DNA of 64,000 nt, from NCBI GenBank assembly GCA_044892525.1, contig CM097885.1, positions 17,610,001-17,674,000 of the forward strand, written 5' to 3'. Each line of letters opens with the position of its first letter. The first letter of the stretch is position 1. This document shows positions 24,901 through 37,970 of the stretch, in pieces. This DNA is from Schmidtea polychroa. Its lineage: Eukaryota. The notes under the pieces were generated by a model. The model worked only from the letters and a program-made list of their open reading frames with translations, was not told where the DNA came from and did no database searches. The translations under genes were made by a program, and so were the position numbers.

Positions 24901-26736
24901 AATGAATGTCCGTCTTTAACATGTTAAATAAAATAATTTAAAGCAATAACCTTTGATATCAATTATCTCTAAAGATTTCAAATATTTCATTGTCAAAACC
25001 AAGTAAATTAGTCATTAACCCTAAACACTTTAATAAATCCTGGATAATTAATAGACTATTTCCGTTGAAACATTTCCAATAAGAACATCACCCATTTAAA
25101 TATTCAAAACATTTCCACCCTAACCGATCCCTCACCAAATATTTCTACCCCTGTAAACATCCAATCGAATATATCCCCCCTAAAATACTATATATTCACA
25201 ACTTAACCGAACCCTAACTAAATCCAACCAACTATAATTTACCCACTTGAGCCCTTTAATATATCTTAAAATCTATAGAAAATTCTTCAAAATATGAATT
25301 TTATTTAATTGTTACAGATATTTTTCTATTGAAATAATTTAGTAGCTAAATTCAAAGAGTCCACTAAAAGATCAAAATAAATATTTAACCACATGTATCA
25401 TCAAATACCTAACTAGAGATGATAATATTTCATTGATTCATCATAATTCTTCATCGATTCAACTAATTATAACAATTATAACATGATATATCTTTTAAAC
25501 TAAATCACAATTTTCAGTATATTGTACAATAATTTTCAAGTAGATTTCAAATATATCATTATCGTGAAAAAAAAATTTAGCTGGTTTCAACTATAGATTT
25601 TCAATATTTTAAAGTTCATCAATGTGTAAATATTCTTAGAAAAATATATGAAAAAATTATTTAGTCAAATTCAATATCATTACAAAGTCATCATCATCAA
25701 ATTTATCCTATCACTTGATTATTAGCCTCATTAAAAATTAATTTTTATCTAAAATTTAAAAACTAGTCAATAAATATAGCAAATTATCAAGAAATTAATT
25801 AAATTTATCTTAGAATTAACACTAAAATTTTTAAATATTCTTTCAATTAACATGAAATTCACAAAAAATGTTAGTAAAATCCCGCTAACTCTAAAAAAAA
25901 AAATTACCAATGAATTTAATGCCAAATAATAACCAAAAATTTGCCTAAATAAAATCATTAAAACACACCAGTACCTTTACGACCAGTACCCTTACGACCA
26001 ATACCCTTACAAGCAGTACCCATAGGGGGAGAAAATATGTTGTCGGATAAACTCAGAGTATATATAATAAAACGAATTAACAATAACTCCATCAAATTGA
26101 ATCAGTCAAATTATCACAAATTTTAATGAAAAATCTTATTCTAAAATGGTAAGCAGCGTAAAATCGAAAGATAATTTTAATAACACAGAGATAAATAATA
26201 TTTTGAAAAATAATAATAAAATAGTTAAATGACCTTGAAAATGATCTCGGGGAAACGTTAATAACTTTGTCAATATTAATGATGATGATACCTTCAATAG
26301 CTCATTCGAAAGGTCTTGCACTAAGCTTCAAAATAAGCTATCGATAAAAGCTATAAGCTATCGATGATTGGAACGAAAACATTTGGGCAAACGAAAACCA
26401 GGGGCCCGCTAGATCACTAATAATATTTTGAATAATAATAATAAAATAATATTTTTTAAAAATAATAATATGACCTTGATGAGTCATCACAATGAGTCAT
26501 ATGACCTTGGGAATGACCTTGGATGAGTCACGCGACCCTGAAATGACCTTGAAATGACCTTGATGAGTCATGGTCTTTGTTTAAATGACCTTGATGAGTC
26601 ATATGTCTTTGTTTAAAATTTGACCTTGAAAAAAATGTACTTTTAGACTTAGAAATTTTTTTTTAAAATTTTCCGGCCGGGGGGGGGGTATGTGATCTAG
26701 CGGGCCCCTGATCTAGCGGTGCCCTATCCATCTACT
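20664..26736. mobile_element. Non-autonomous Polinton-type element (6073 bp)
   Basis: AGTAGATGGATAGGGCA... / ...TGCCCTATCCATCTACT ends, ~550-590 bp TIRs (20664-~21250; ~26190-26736) and a 6 bp TACCAT TSD. No intact core genes. Confidence 0.92.
23466..23670 (+). pseudogene. IAP-type RING finger fragment
   Basis: CSICKENQVSVLYLPCGHVIVCSKC...CQAC, near-identical to the 3' half of 50553-50933. Confidence 0.8.
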
Positions 26737-26908
26737 TACCATCCCTAAAAACAAATGCTTTAGCTGAGTTAGGGAAGGTTCTACCTGGAGTTGCTGGTAT
26801 GTTTCAAAGAGATACGCCTCCAGCCCCAGCCCCAGCTCCAAAACGTAAATGACATGGAATATTGCGTATAAACAAACGAATGAAAGGACATGGAACTATA
26901 TTTGCAAA

Positions 26909-27220
26909 ATGATTTGTGGTAAATCCGAATTATGTATATTTGATAGACCATCGCGTCAAGCGGTAATCGAATTTGGGGCCTTTGAGGAAGCCTTTCCTAT
27001 GAATTCAATTACTGATAGTAGAAATGATATCGAGTTTTATATTAATGGTTCACAAACTGAATATTTAGATTTGAACGATACTTTATTGACTGTTCAGATC
27101 AAGGTTGTAGATAAAGATAGAAAAGTTTTGGATGCCAATGCGGATGTATTACCAAACAATTTCCTGTTTCATATTCTGTTTAAAGATGCAGTGTTGGGAT
27201 TTAATAATATCAAGATTGAG
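26909..27220 (+). pseudogene. Major capsid protein N-terminal fragment (outer Polinton)
   Basis: KSELCIFDRP..Q..IEFG.FEEAFP and IEFYING..TEYLDLNDTLL are typical of the Polinton MCP start. It is truncated after ~100 codons. Confidence 0.85.
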
Positions 27221-27426
27221 AACATTGGATAGCTATATATTTGAAACCTAGTAATATATTCGTATTCGATCCTATGGGTTTCTATTATCCTGCTTTGTTG
27301 ATATCAAAACTGCAAACAATTGGGAAACCTAATGTATATAATAAAACTATGTTTCAAAATCCATTGACTCAAACATGTGGTCAACACTGTTTGACATGGT
27401 TGTTTTATAAAAAATTTGATGGTTAA
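27220..27426 (+). pseudogene. Adenain-like cysteine protease C-terminal fragment
   Basis: EHWIAIY...FVFDPMG...FQNPLTQTCGQHC retains the catalytic H, D, Q and C. Confidence 0.85.
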
Positions 27427-27841
27427 TTAATGTATACTGTATGATTTTTATTTGTTGACTATTTTAATTAATTTTTTAAAATATTATTATTTGTTAAATA
27501 TTATTATTTTATGTTTAAAATATTATTATTATTTGTTAAATATTATTATTTTATGTTTAAAATATTATTATTATTTGTTAAATTTTATGTTTAAAAATAT
27601 TATGTAATACTATTACATGTTCAGTGCATGGACAGTGCAAAGTAACAAAGCACTGAGTAATAAAGACATGTAAAGGTCATTATTTCGTCATGGTTTGTAT
27701 AAACAAACATGTTGTATCTTTTGCTATCCTATCTCTATTTTCATTGGTCGGTTAATAAAACCTGTAATATCTCTCTTATATAGTCTACACTTTCATTTTT
27801 TCATCACTTTTAAAAAACTATTAACAACAATTAACAACAAC

Positions 27842-28110
27842 ATGAACAACAATATTCAAAGAGTTAACGGAAAAATCGTCGGAGGAATTAATGGTAAATT
27901 TATTATTTTATTATTTTTAATATGATTATTAGGTACTAATCAACAAATTAATATGAATATCGTCGGACAAGCTGTAGACTTGAATAGAATAAATGGTAAT
28001 AGTTTACTATTATTATCATTATTATTTTTATTGTGCTTTTAGATGGAAATGTAATAAATACTTCTGCTGGTTCTGATGCTGGAAAATTTCTTTCGAAAGG
28101 ACGAAAATGT
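27842..28110 (+). CDS. Putative multi-exon gene (exons 27842-27893, 27933-27995, 28043-~28109; 3' end unclear)
   Basis: Two AT-rich GT..AG introns (39 and 47 nt, both phase 1) give an open frame MNNNIQRVNGKIVGGINGTNQQINMNIVGQAVDLNRINDGNVINTSAGSDAGKFLSKGRK. Confidence 0.55.
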
Positions 28111-28155
28111 AATATTTATTTATTGTTATAAGTTTTTGAGGTTTTTAAGTTTTTA

Positions 28156-28341
<186 letters not shown>

Positions 28342-28917
28342 AAGAAGATTATAAAGAAGCTTATGAAAGGAAGATTTATGAAAAGAAGATTTTTGAAATG
28401 AAGATTCATTAAATATGATGATTTTGAAATGAACATTATAATAATATAATTAATACTTTTGTATATTATTTGGAATCATAATTTATTTTAATTATTTATG
28501 AAAATAAAATATATTTTAGAAAATGAATTATTTATTTATGAAACCGAATTAAATTATCTATTTTTTATAAGATACTATTTAAAGGAATAATCTTATAAAT
28601 ATGTATTTATTTTTTCGTGAAAAAATGATGATTAGGAAAAGAACATTATGAAAAGAACATTACAATAACTTTTGTATATTATTTGGAATCATAATTTATT
28701 TTAATTATTTATGAAAATAAAATTTAGTTTAGAAAATGAATTAAATTATTTGTGAAAACGAATTAAATTATATATTTTATAATATTTTTTATAAGATACT
28801 ATTTAAAAGACAATTTTGAATAATATCTTATGAAAAAATATCTTAAACTTTGAAAATGATTATTAAAATTATCTTAATATTTTTTAAACATTTTATGATA
28901 AAAATATTTTCATTGGT

Positions 28918-31215
28918 TTGAAATATCAAAACTTTTGTAATAGTCAATATCATAATGACTGCGATGATATAATGGAAAGATATTATAGTCATAAATATAA
29001 CGGTGTCACCTACATCCTATGCCCTAAATGTGAGGTTATTGAAGTTATAACGTATAAGGAATTTTTTAATAAGCATAGACTCCATCTCCAACAATTTAAA
29101 CCTTCTAAGAAATCTCTTTTCTATAGCTTATATAAATCGTTTGTTAACAATAATAATATCAACAACAATAATAATACTAACAACACCAATAATAATAATG
29201 ATATAAACGAAATAAATAATCTAAAAGATCAAGTAAATAAATTAAATGATCAAATGAATAATCTAATTAATATGAATAAAAGAAAAAATAATGAAAAAAT
29301 AAATTTAATACCAATTAAAAATCTAAAGTTATTGATGTAATCACAATAAGTGATGATGATGTAATAATCAACATAAGTGATGATGAAATTGTTAATAATA
29401 ATAGTAGTAGTAATATTTATTATAATAATGGTATTAATAATAATTATAATAATATTAATCAAATAGGTTATGGTGTCGTAGATGTCACCAGTGATTTAAA
29501 TAATAATCATATTATATTAAAAATGGACGTTTCGTCTTTAGATTTAAAAACGGTCTCTGTACCAGACATTTTAATAAATAAATTAAATTTATATGTAAAT
29601 AAATTAAAATCATGTAAAATTCAATTTTGTCTAAAGGTGGAATTTATAAAAGATGATGAGTTACAATCTTTTGTAATCTCGAATTCCGCCCGAGTTTGGA
29701 GATATACATTCATTGACGAAGGTATTGCTCGTTTAAATGAAAAAATAATTAAAATTAATGAGAAAGGTAGTAATTGGACTATCAATAAAATCGAATACAT
29801 AAGCTTTGTTCTGACTAAATTTGCTGAAATAAGTCGTTTAAGTGGTAGAAGCTTTATTGAAACCCCAAAATCTTTAAGAAACTTAAGCTGTCTCATTAAT
29901 GCAGTTAATAATGACCAATTCTGCTTTTTGTATAGTTTCTTGTCAATTATTAAATATGACAGTATAAATAGGCAATATAGAAATCGCCCTAATTCCTACA
30001 ATCTTTCTGATATTAAATTTGATTCTAATGATATGCCGATGAAACTATCAAATATAAGTAAATTTGAACAACAAAATCCAGGTTATAGTATTAATGTTCT
30101 TACTTACAACGAAAAGGCTTTGATAGACATTTCCGATGAAGATGCAGTTATGAAACATCCCTTTATTGATATAATATACAGGAGTAAGATAGTAGGAGCC
30201 ATACCTATCAATTTATTATTAATTGAAAAGAATGATAATTATCATTATCTTGGAATCACAGACCTAAATAGATTCCTTAATTGTAGGAATAGTTCAATCA
30301 CTCCTGTTAGGATTTGTAGTCAGTGGTGCCCTAGGTGTTTAAACGGGTTTAGGAATGATGACGCTTTTAATAGACATAAGGGTCTTTGTGATAAAAATCA
30401 GCTTGGTACTACCTTGTACACATTGCCTAAAAATAAATATTTAGAATTTACTGACTGGAGTAAAACAGTTACTCCTCCGTTTGTTATTTACGCCGAATTT
30501 GAGGCTATCTTACCTAAAGACACTCTCTATTTTCAACGTCATCTACCTATTTCTGCCGGTATACTTTTTATTAATAATTTTACGGGAGTAAAAATTTATA
30601 AGTCGTTTACCGGTTTAGATTGTGTCGATCAATTTCTTACTGAAATTGAAATGATAGGGAAATATATTGTAACTCCTTATTATTATAAAAATTATCAAAA
30701 GAAAATGATAATTACAGATGAACAACAATTAATGTTTGAAAACAGTACATCCTGTTATTTGTGCAATAAGCCTTTAGTTAGTCCAGTTAGGGACCATGAT
30801 CATTTTACCGGTCTATATCTTAGTGCCGCTTGTACAACTTGTAATCTGTCGAGGCAAATTAGACATATCCTTCCTGTAGTATTTCATAATTTAAAGGGTT
30901 ATGATCTGCATCATATCTTGAAATTTGGCCTTTCAAAATACCATTCATGGAATATTAGTTGTATTCCTTTAACCAGCGATAAATTCCTTAGTCTTTTTGC
31001 TAGGATTGACTCATTAACTGTTAAATTTATAGACTCATCAATTTGTCAGCGAGTCTTTGAATAATGCTGTCAAAACTTCATCATCTTTACCCTTGACCGA
31101 ATCAGAATTTCAGGGTACAATAATAACTGCAAAGGGAATTTTTCCTTATGATGCCGCAACTTCATTAGAGGTTTTGCATAACACTCATCAGTTACCTCCT
31201 ATTTGGAAAGATGTG
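28918..31215 (+). pseudogene. Protein-primed DNA polymerase B, 5' part (outer Polinton; frameshifted)
   Basis: VRDHDHFTG, FHNLKGYD, KFIDS and KGIFPYD motifs. The 29523 ORF is open upstream to at least 29331 and probably joins the 28918 ORF via a frameshift. Confidence 0.9.
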
Positions 31216-31523
31216 AGTAGTGTGTATCTATCCCTAACGACCACAAGCCTCCCAGCTGTTTTCATGTTTTATACCTATTTTTTTCCCGTTTTATACCTAT
31301 TTTTCCCCCATAAACGTAAAAAAAAAACACTTAAAACCTTAAAAACCTATATCTTTTAATTTCTTTATTCCGAAGACATTTTGCTTTCAAAATAAAAACT
31401 TAAAAAACAACAAAAATATTAAAAAAACAACACAAAATGTTAATAAAACAGGGAAAAAAATACTGATAAAACTATGAAAAACGTTTGTCGGCTTGCGGTC
31501 GTTAGGGATAGATACACACTACT
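31216..31523. repeat. Left TIR of inner Polinton (itself bounded by inverted repeats)
   Basis: Starts AGTAGTGTGTATCTATCCCTAACGACC and ends GGTCGTTAGGGATAGATACACACTACT. Confidence 0.92.
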
Positions 31524-31680
31524 TGCAGGTCGCCAGTTTATCAAGTCGCCAGTTTATCAAGTCGCCAGTTTATCAAGTCGATAGTTTGTCAAGTCAATGA
31601 TGCAATCGCTGCGGTCTTGGCAAGTCGACAGCTTGGTAAGTCGACAGCTTGGCAGGTCGATAGCTTGGCAAGCTGCTAGA
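31524..31680 (+). repeat. 16 bp tandem repeats next to the left TIR
   Basis: (AAGTCGCCAGTTTATC)n followed by (AAGTCGACAGCTTGGC)-like units. Confidence 0.85.
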
Positions 31681-31833
31681 ATATAAATATAAAAAAAATA
31701 AAAAAAAAATAAAAATAAAAATAAAAAAATAAAAAAAATAAAAATAAAAAAAAATAAAAATAAAAATAAAAATAAATATATAAAAATTTAAAATTTAAAA
31801 ACAACGTATCCAGTAAAAAAATTTTTTCTAAAA

Positions 31834-34800
31834 ATGAATTGTAATATTTGCAATAAAGTTTTTAAAAATAAAACAGGATTAATTTCTCACTATAAATCGA
31901 AAGCTCACTTACTAAAAGAAAATAATCTTAATGACACAAATTCAAAAGTTTGTACTAAATGTAAAGGAAGATTTCTACATTCTGGATATAATAAACATTT
32001 TGAAAATTGTATCGGGAAAAATAGAGAAATATTTACATGTCCTCATTGTAACTTTTCAACAAAACTAAATTTCTATTATTTAAGACATTTAAAAGAATGT
32101 AAAAATAAAAAACAAAATTCTGACGTTGAAGAATGTCATTCAGAAGGAGAACCTGATCATGTTGAAAGAGAAAAATACAACTGGGATGATTTTAATCATA
32201 TAGATGAATTTCAATTAAAAATTAATGGACCTGCAACCCCTGGAGAATATATAAGGAGAAATAAAAAAAATATTAAAAATTCTTTCACTGAAGCTTTAAA
32301 AAATTATAAACCAACAAGGTATAATGTTATAAAATATAAAATTACAATCAAAGCAAAATATTGGAGAGGACCAGAAGAAAAGACAACTCCTTTAGATGTT
32401 GAAATTGGAATACCTTTTAAATATTTATTTTCAACTAGAGGATTTAATAAAAGCATCAAAGAAATAATTCAAGCAGTAGAAGCAAAACAAGAAGAGGTTG
32501 AAAATGAATTAGGAGATTCAAACTTAGTATTCAACTCTTTCCAAACTTTAGTGATTGATTATTGGAGAGGATTACCACCTAATCCTAAATCTTATATTCA
32601 AACACCCTTTAGATCTAGGGTTGTTATAAATGTACAGAATAAGGATAACAAATGTTTCATGTGGTCAATACTTGCATATTTACATCCTCAAGCTGAAAAC
32701 CCTCAAAGAGTTTCAAAATACAAACAATATGAAAATGAATTAATATTTCCCAAGGGATTCACACACCCAATGAAACTAGAAGACATTCCAGAATTTGAAA
32801 AACTAAATAATCTTAAACTTAATATTTATGAACATGTTAAAGGATGGGGACATGGAAGGAAAGATATTATTCCAATTTATATTTCTGATAGTGATAGCAC
32901 GAGGGAGATATATCTTTTAATCTTGGAAGAAGGAAATAATCAACATTATGTTTTAATAAAAGACTTTCAAGCTTTTACATCACCAGAGAATCCAACTAGT
33001 GGAGGAGGAACATGTAAAAGATGTCTTCATTATTCAACAACTAAAAACTCTATGATTAAACATGCAAGATTTTGTGAAAAAGATGATCCAGCTTTAATTA
33101 GAATGCCTACAGATCCCAGGATGTATTTTAAAAACTTTACAAATTTATTACAAACATTAGGAGTTGTCTATGGAGACTTTGAATCTATAAATCGTAAACA
33201 AGATATAATTATGCAATATTTAAAAATAATAGAAAAATATAAACTCATGGATGAATGGAAAGCCTCTAAACAGAAGATGAAACCAGAGAGGATGAAAGCC
33301 TTTCTAAGAAAAAGAAATAAACCTAATAGTGTTAAAAAAACTAAACAATTACCATCTGCTTATAAATTATTATTTAAAAGTAATTATAGAATCTAGAGAA
33401 TATGCATTTCAAGGAACTTCAGAAGATGTTTTAAATCATTTTACTAAAAGTATAAATGATCTAGAACATGAAATATTTAAAATATTAAAAACAAAGTATC
33501 CTCAAAAAATTTCTAATCAACAACAACAAGAATATGAAAATACTTCCAACTGTTGGATGTGTAAACAAGACATTCTTCCTGATGATAAAGTTATAGATCA
33601 CGATCATTTAAAAAAGGAAAATAATTATCGAGGAGCAGCCCATAGAAATTGTAATCTTAATTGTCATACTCCTAAATTTGTACCAGTTATATTTCATAAT
33701 CTTTTTGGTTATGACATACATCTATTTATTAAACATTTAGCAGAAAATGCTAAAAACTCTTTCAAAGTTATAGGACTTACAAAGGAAAAATATAAATCAG
33801 TTGAATATGGAAAATTAAAATTTATAGACTCGTTAAACTTTCTCAAATGTCTCTAGATGGAATAGCTAAAACAATGAAAGCAGAAAATTTTAAAATCACT
33901 CGAGAATTCTTGGAAAAAAATAATATCCCCCAGAAGAATATCCTACATGCTTAGCAAAAGGAATATATCCCTATGACTATGTTGATTCATTTGAAAAATA
34001 TAATGAAACAAAATTACCAGAGAAAGAAGATTTCTATTCCCAACTTCAAAAATCTCATATTACAAATCAAGAATATTCTCGAGCAAATAAAATGTGGGAT
34101 CTTTTCAACTGTAAAACTTTAGGAGAATATACAAGTATGTACTTATCCCTAGATGTTTATATTCTAGCAGATTGCTTTGAAGAATTTACAAAGTCTTTTG
34201 TTCTTAAACCTTATAATTATATAACAGCTCCTTCTTTAGCTTGGGATACTATGTTATATACCATTTGGACTTCAGATCTTCCAGAATCTGATAAAATTAT
34301 AGATCTTTTAACCGACCAAGATATGTTTAATCAAATTAAAACAAACATTAGAGGAGGAGTATCTTCAGTAATGGGGAATAGAGAAATAAAAGCTAGAAAT
34401 GCAATAACTACTAGCCGAAGAATCTCTAAACACCCTGATCCATATATAAAACTTAACAATGAGGAACTAAAAGAAGTATTAGAAGGAATGAAAAATCCTC
34501 TATTTATACTTTATATAGATGCAACAGCTTTATATTCAGGAATTATGACTCAATATTTACCAATGAGTGACTTTCAAGAAATATACTCCTCTGAAGGACT
34601 TCCAGAAATAGAATGCCCTCCAGAAGAATATTTAAAGACTCTTATGAATGAAATACTTTCAACTCCTAAAGATTCTCCAATAGGATACTTTGTAGAATGT
34701 GACCTCGACTACCCAGATGATATAAAATCAGGAACAAGACATTTCCCTTTAGCTCCTATAAGAAGAAAGATTGATATCAACGAACTTTCACTCTGGCAAA

Positions 34801-36158
34801 TCTCACAAGATAAACCTCCAACAATGAAACTTCTTTGTGATCAAACAGATCGAACTTATTATCTTTGTCACTATAGACTCCTCCAGTTTTATCTTTCACA
34901 AGGAATGATATTAAAAAAAGTTCATAGTGTCATAAGATTTAAACAAGCAGCATTCATGAAGACTTTCATCGAGGAGAACATTCGTTGTCGAAACATTGCA
35001 AAAAGAGAAGGTAACCTTTTAAAAGACAATAATTATAAACTTTTAAACAATTCAGTCTTTGGGAAGACAATGGAGAATGTTGATAAATATACTCATATTG
35101 AACTCCTAACAAATACCCCGAAAGATATAGCCCGTTATAATCGTATGCTAGGAAAGCCTACATTTAAAAATGCAGAAGTATTTTCTGAAAATCTTACTGC
35201 AGTAGAACTACAGAATTTTGAGAAAACATATAATAAACCAATATTTATCGGCTTTGCAATTTTAGAACTTTCAAAATTACAAATGTATGAAACATATTAT
35301 AACATCTTACAACCTATATATGGATCGAATATAGCAATGCATGCAATGGATACAGATTCAATGTTTTTAACAATAAGAACTCACGATTTACAAAGTGATA
35401 TCTCTGAAAATCCTATACTTTCAAATTTAATAAATTCATCTGGAGAATTATTTTCGTTTAAAGATGAAAAACCTTTTACTCCTATAGAAAATGGAATATT
35501 TATTCGTGCTAAACAATATTCATATGAAACATTTACAAATCCTAAATTTGAAGAACATTCATTTATATTTAAAACCCCAGAAACAGAAGAAAGCATTACA
35601 CATAGATATCCTATATTCCCTAAAGGACCTGACGGACAGGGAGAAAAACCTGTAAAGGATAACAGATGTAAAGGAATTCAGAGATGTGTAGCAAAGAATC
35701 TTTCTCATCAAGATTATATAGATACATTGAATCCAAATCATAAAGATAAAATTGATGAAATACATCAACTTAAAAGTGAAAAGCATGATATTTACTTGAT
35801 AGAATCCCAAAAAGTATCATTATCAAATTATGATGACAAAAGATTCATACTAAGTGATTTAAAGACAACTCTTCCTATAGGAAATAATTTAATACCGATA
35901 ATAAAAAATCTTGATAGATTGAATCAGTTATATGGTACAAAGATTACTGATCTTGATATTTATAATGTTGAAATCATTTATCCTGAGAGAATTGAGAAAC
36001 CTTTATATTCTCAAGTTTTTAATCCTATATGTTTAGAACTTAAATATTTTAATACTGATCCTGAATATATAAAAGGTCTAAGTGATAAAGAATTTAAAGA
36101 TCATAAAGAGGTTCTAAAAACTAATTTCGAAAAGTTAACATCAGATTCTATCAAATGA
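31834..36158 (+). pseudogene. Protein-primed DNA polymerase B with N-terminal C2H2 zinc fingers (inner Polinton; frameshifts near 33390, 33850, 33940)
   Basis: VYGDFE, IDHDH, FHNLFGYD, YIDATALY, KLLNNSVFGKTMEN, MDTDS and DDKR motifs spread over three ORFs. Confidence 0.93.
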
Positions 36159-36232
36159 TTTTTTTCTTTTAAAAATGTCAACAATTAATTTAAGAGTGAC
36201 AACATCAACCTTTTGAAGGGCAATAAATTTTT

Positions 36233-36853
36233 TTATGTATGATTCTTTAGCCACTTCTTTCGTTTAATTTTTTTAGAATATTCATTACTTATAACATTAG
36301 CACTTTTTAATCTTATAACCTCATTTTTAATATCTTGTATTATTTGATTTGATTTCATTATTTCTTCGTCTGTTAGGATTCCATCTTCCAAAGCTTTTAA
36401 TTGAAATAAAAATAATTTAGAGATTCCTAATTCTATTGATAAACAAACTTCTCTATATAAACTTTTCTTTTTAGAAGTATAAGATAATGAAACTATTTCA
36501 GTTAAGAAACCATCAGCTACAGAAATACTTCCAAGTATTACAGGTGCAAGAGTAACAACTGGTAAAGTTATGGGTAAAATAACTGTTAATATTGCAGATG
36601 CAAATCCTAAAGAATAACCTATAACTTTTAAAACTGTATTCCCTTTATTCCATCTATTTTTAATTTTTTTATAATGCTTTAATAAATCTTGTAAATGTAA
36701 GGTTTCTGATTTAAATTCTTTTACTCTCATAATTTCAAGTTCTGTGGGAGCCGAGGCCTTGGAACCTTTGTGACCTTCGGAATAATATCTTGATGACAAT
36801 TCTGGGTAAATTTTTTCTTCTCTTACTTCTTCCATCTTTTGGACTTTGTCCAT
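36233..36853 (-). CDS. Predicted two-TM membrane protein (inner Polinton)
   Basis: 206 aa with two adjacent hydrophobic segments flanked by helical regions. Confidence 0.7.
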   Translation of the reverse strand: MDKVQKMEEVREEKIYPELSSRYYSEGHKGSKASAPTELEIMRVKEFKSETLHLQDLLKHYKKIKNRWNKGNTVLKVIGYSLGFASAILTVILPITLPVVTLAPVILGSISVADGFLTEIVSLSYTSKKKSLYREVCLSIELGISKLFLFQLKALEDGILTDEEIMKSNQIIQDIKNEVIRLKSANVISNEYSKKIKRKKWLKNHT

Positions 36854-36861
36854 TTTAATAA

Positions 36862-37866
36862 TTAAAAAAATAAGACTTTATTCTTCTGAGCACCATCTGG
36901 TACCAATACTCGGATATCAAAAGAAACTCTTGTTGAGAGAATATCTTTATACAATTCTCTCAATGCTTTACGAACTTCATCAACATCAACCTTTTTTTCA
37001 TAAAATATTAAATCTATATATTGTACAAGTGTGCTTTTAAAAATAATATTCTTACTTTTAACTTTATGTAGTCCATGTGAATGAGTATTAACATACCAAT
37101 CTCCGTGTGGTAAATCATAACTAGTCATTATAACATCACCCTTTTCAAGCTTACTATTATAATCACATTTCACAAACCATTTCATTCTTTCATTATCATC
37201 ATCAAACAAAAAGAAATAAGGATCAATAATCTTTACAACCATAAAAACACCCCATTCTTTACTGTTTGTTGTTATTAAACTTGGTTCTATAAAATGTTTA
37301 TATGTATGGGGTAATAATGTTTTATTCTGTTCTAATTCAGCAGCTCTTTTTCTAATACTATGTGTGGTGTTAATGTGTGTTCCATGAGACTTTAAATTTG
37401 AAATTCTTTTATTAAATGATGTAATCATCTCATTTATTATATTATATATTGTATTAAATTTAGTATTCATAATTTGTTTATCTTTAGAATTTAATATGCT
37501 AGTATTTAACTTTACAACTTGTTCAGTTAACAGACTTTGTAACTTGTCAAATTTATCATTAAATCGTTGTTCGATATTATTAAGCTTTGATTCCATTGAA
37601 TCAATTTTTGTTGTTAATGAACTTTCAATTCTTGTTGTTGTTAAATCAGTATATTTTTTAACACCATCTACATATTTCTTATTAACTGCATCGAGATTAT
37701 CAACTGGAAAAGATAAATCTTTTATCTTGTGTGCATTCATACTTAAATCACTCTTCATTGAATCACCTCTTTCATTAATATATTTATTTTCTGTTAAAGT
37801 TAATATGTCTTCTGTATCAACCCCAATTGTTCCTCCACCTTTATTACATGGAATATAAGAACTCAT
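36862..37866 (-). CDS. Putative fibre/adhesin-like protein
   Basis: GDSMKSDLSMNAHKIKDLSFPVDNLDAVNKKYVD resembles a YadA/tail-fibre neck motif. It is followed by a coiled coil and a C-terminal globular domain. Confidence 0.65.
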   Translation of the reverse strand: MSSYIPCNKGGGTIGVDTEDILTLTENKYINERGDSMKSDLSMNAHKIKDLSFPVDNLDAVNKKYVDGVKKYTDLTTTRIESSLTTKIDSMESKLNNIEQRFNDKFDKLQSLLTEQVVKLNTSILNSKDKQIMNTKFNTIYNIINEMITSFNKRISNLKSHGTHINTTHSIRKRAAELEQNKTLLPHTYKHFIEPSLITTNSKEWGVFMVVKIIDPYFFLFDDDNERMKWFVKCDYNSKLEKGDVIMTSYDLPHGDWYVNTHSHGLHKVKSKNIIFKSTLVQYIDLIFYEKKVDVDEVRKALRELYKDILSTRVSFDIRVLVPDGAQKNKVLFF

Positions 37867-37970
37867 TTATTAGGGGATTAAAATACTTAAGAATTCCTCT
37901 CCCCCTTTGTACACTTCGTTAGTCCTTCTCCGCCTTCTCCCTTTTAGTCCTTCTCCCCCTTGTGACTTCC

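Larger units (their letters stand above)
20465..26852 (+). pseudogene. Small core-protein-like gene of outer Polinton split by the 20664-26736 insertion
   Basis: Contains QSGG and QYGSG motifs. The frame rejoins across the TSD as ...HKILP-SLKTNALAELGKVLPGVAGMFQRDTPPAPAPAPKRK*. Confidence 0.7.

Noticed and set aside
31524..31680. CRISPR-like array
   Set aside because: The repeats are contiguous with no unique spacers, there are no cas genes, and the context is eukaryotic.
37496..37858. Antisense ORFs overlapping Polinton genes (also 29621, 35381, 41551, 43819)
   Set aside because: They are shadow frames of well-supported genes on the opposite strand.
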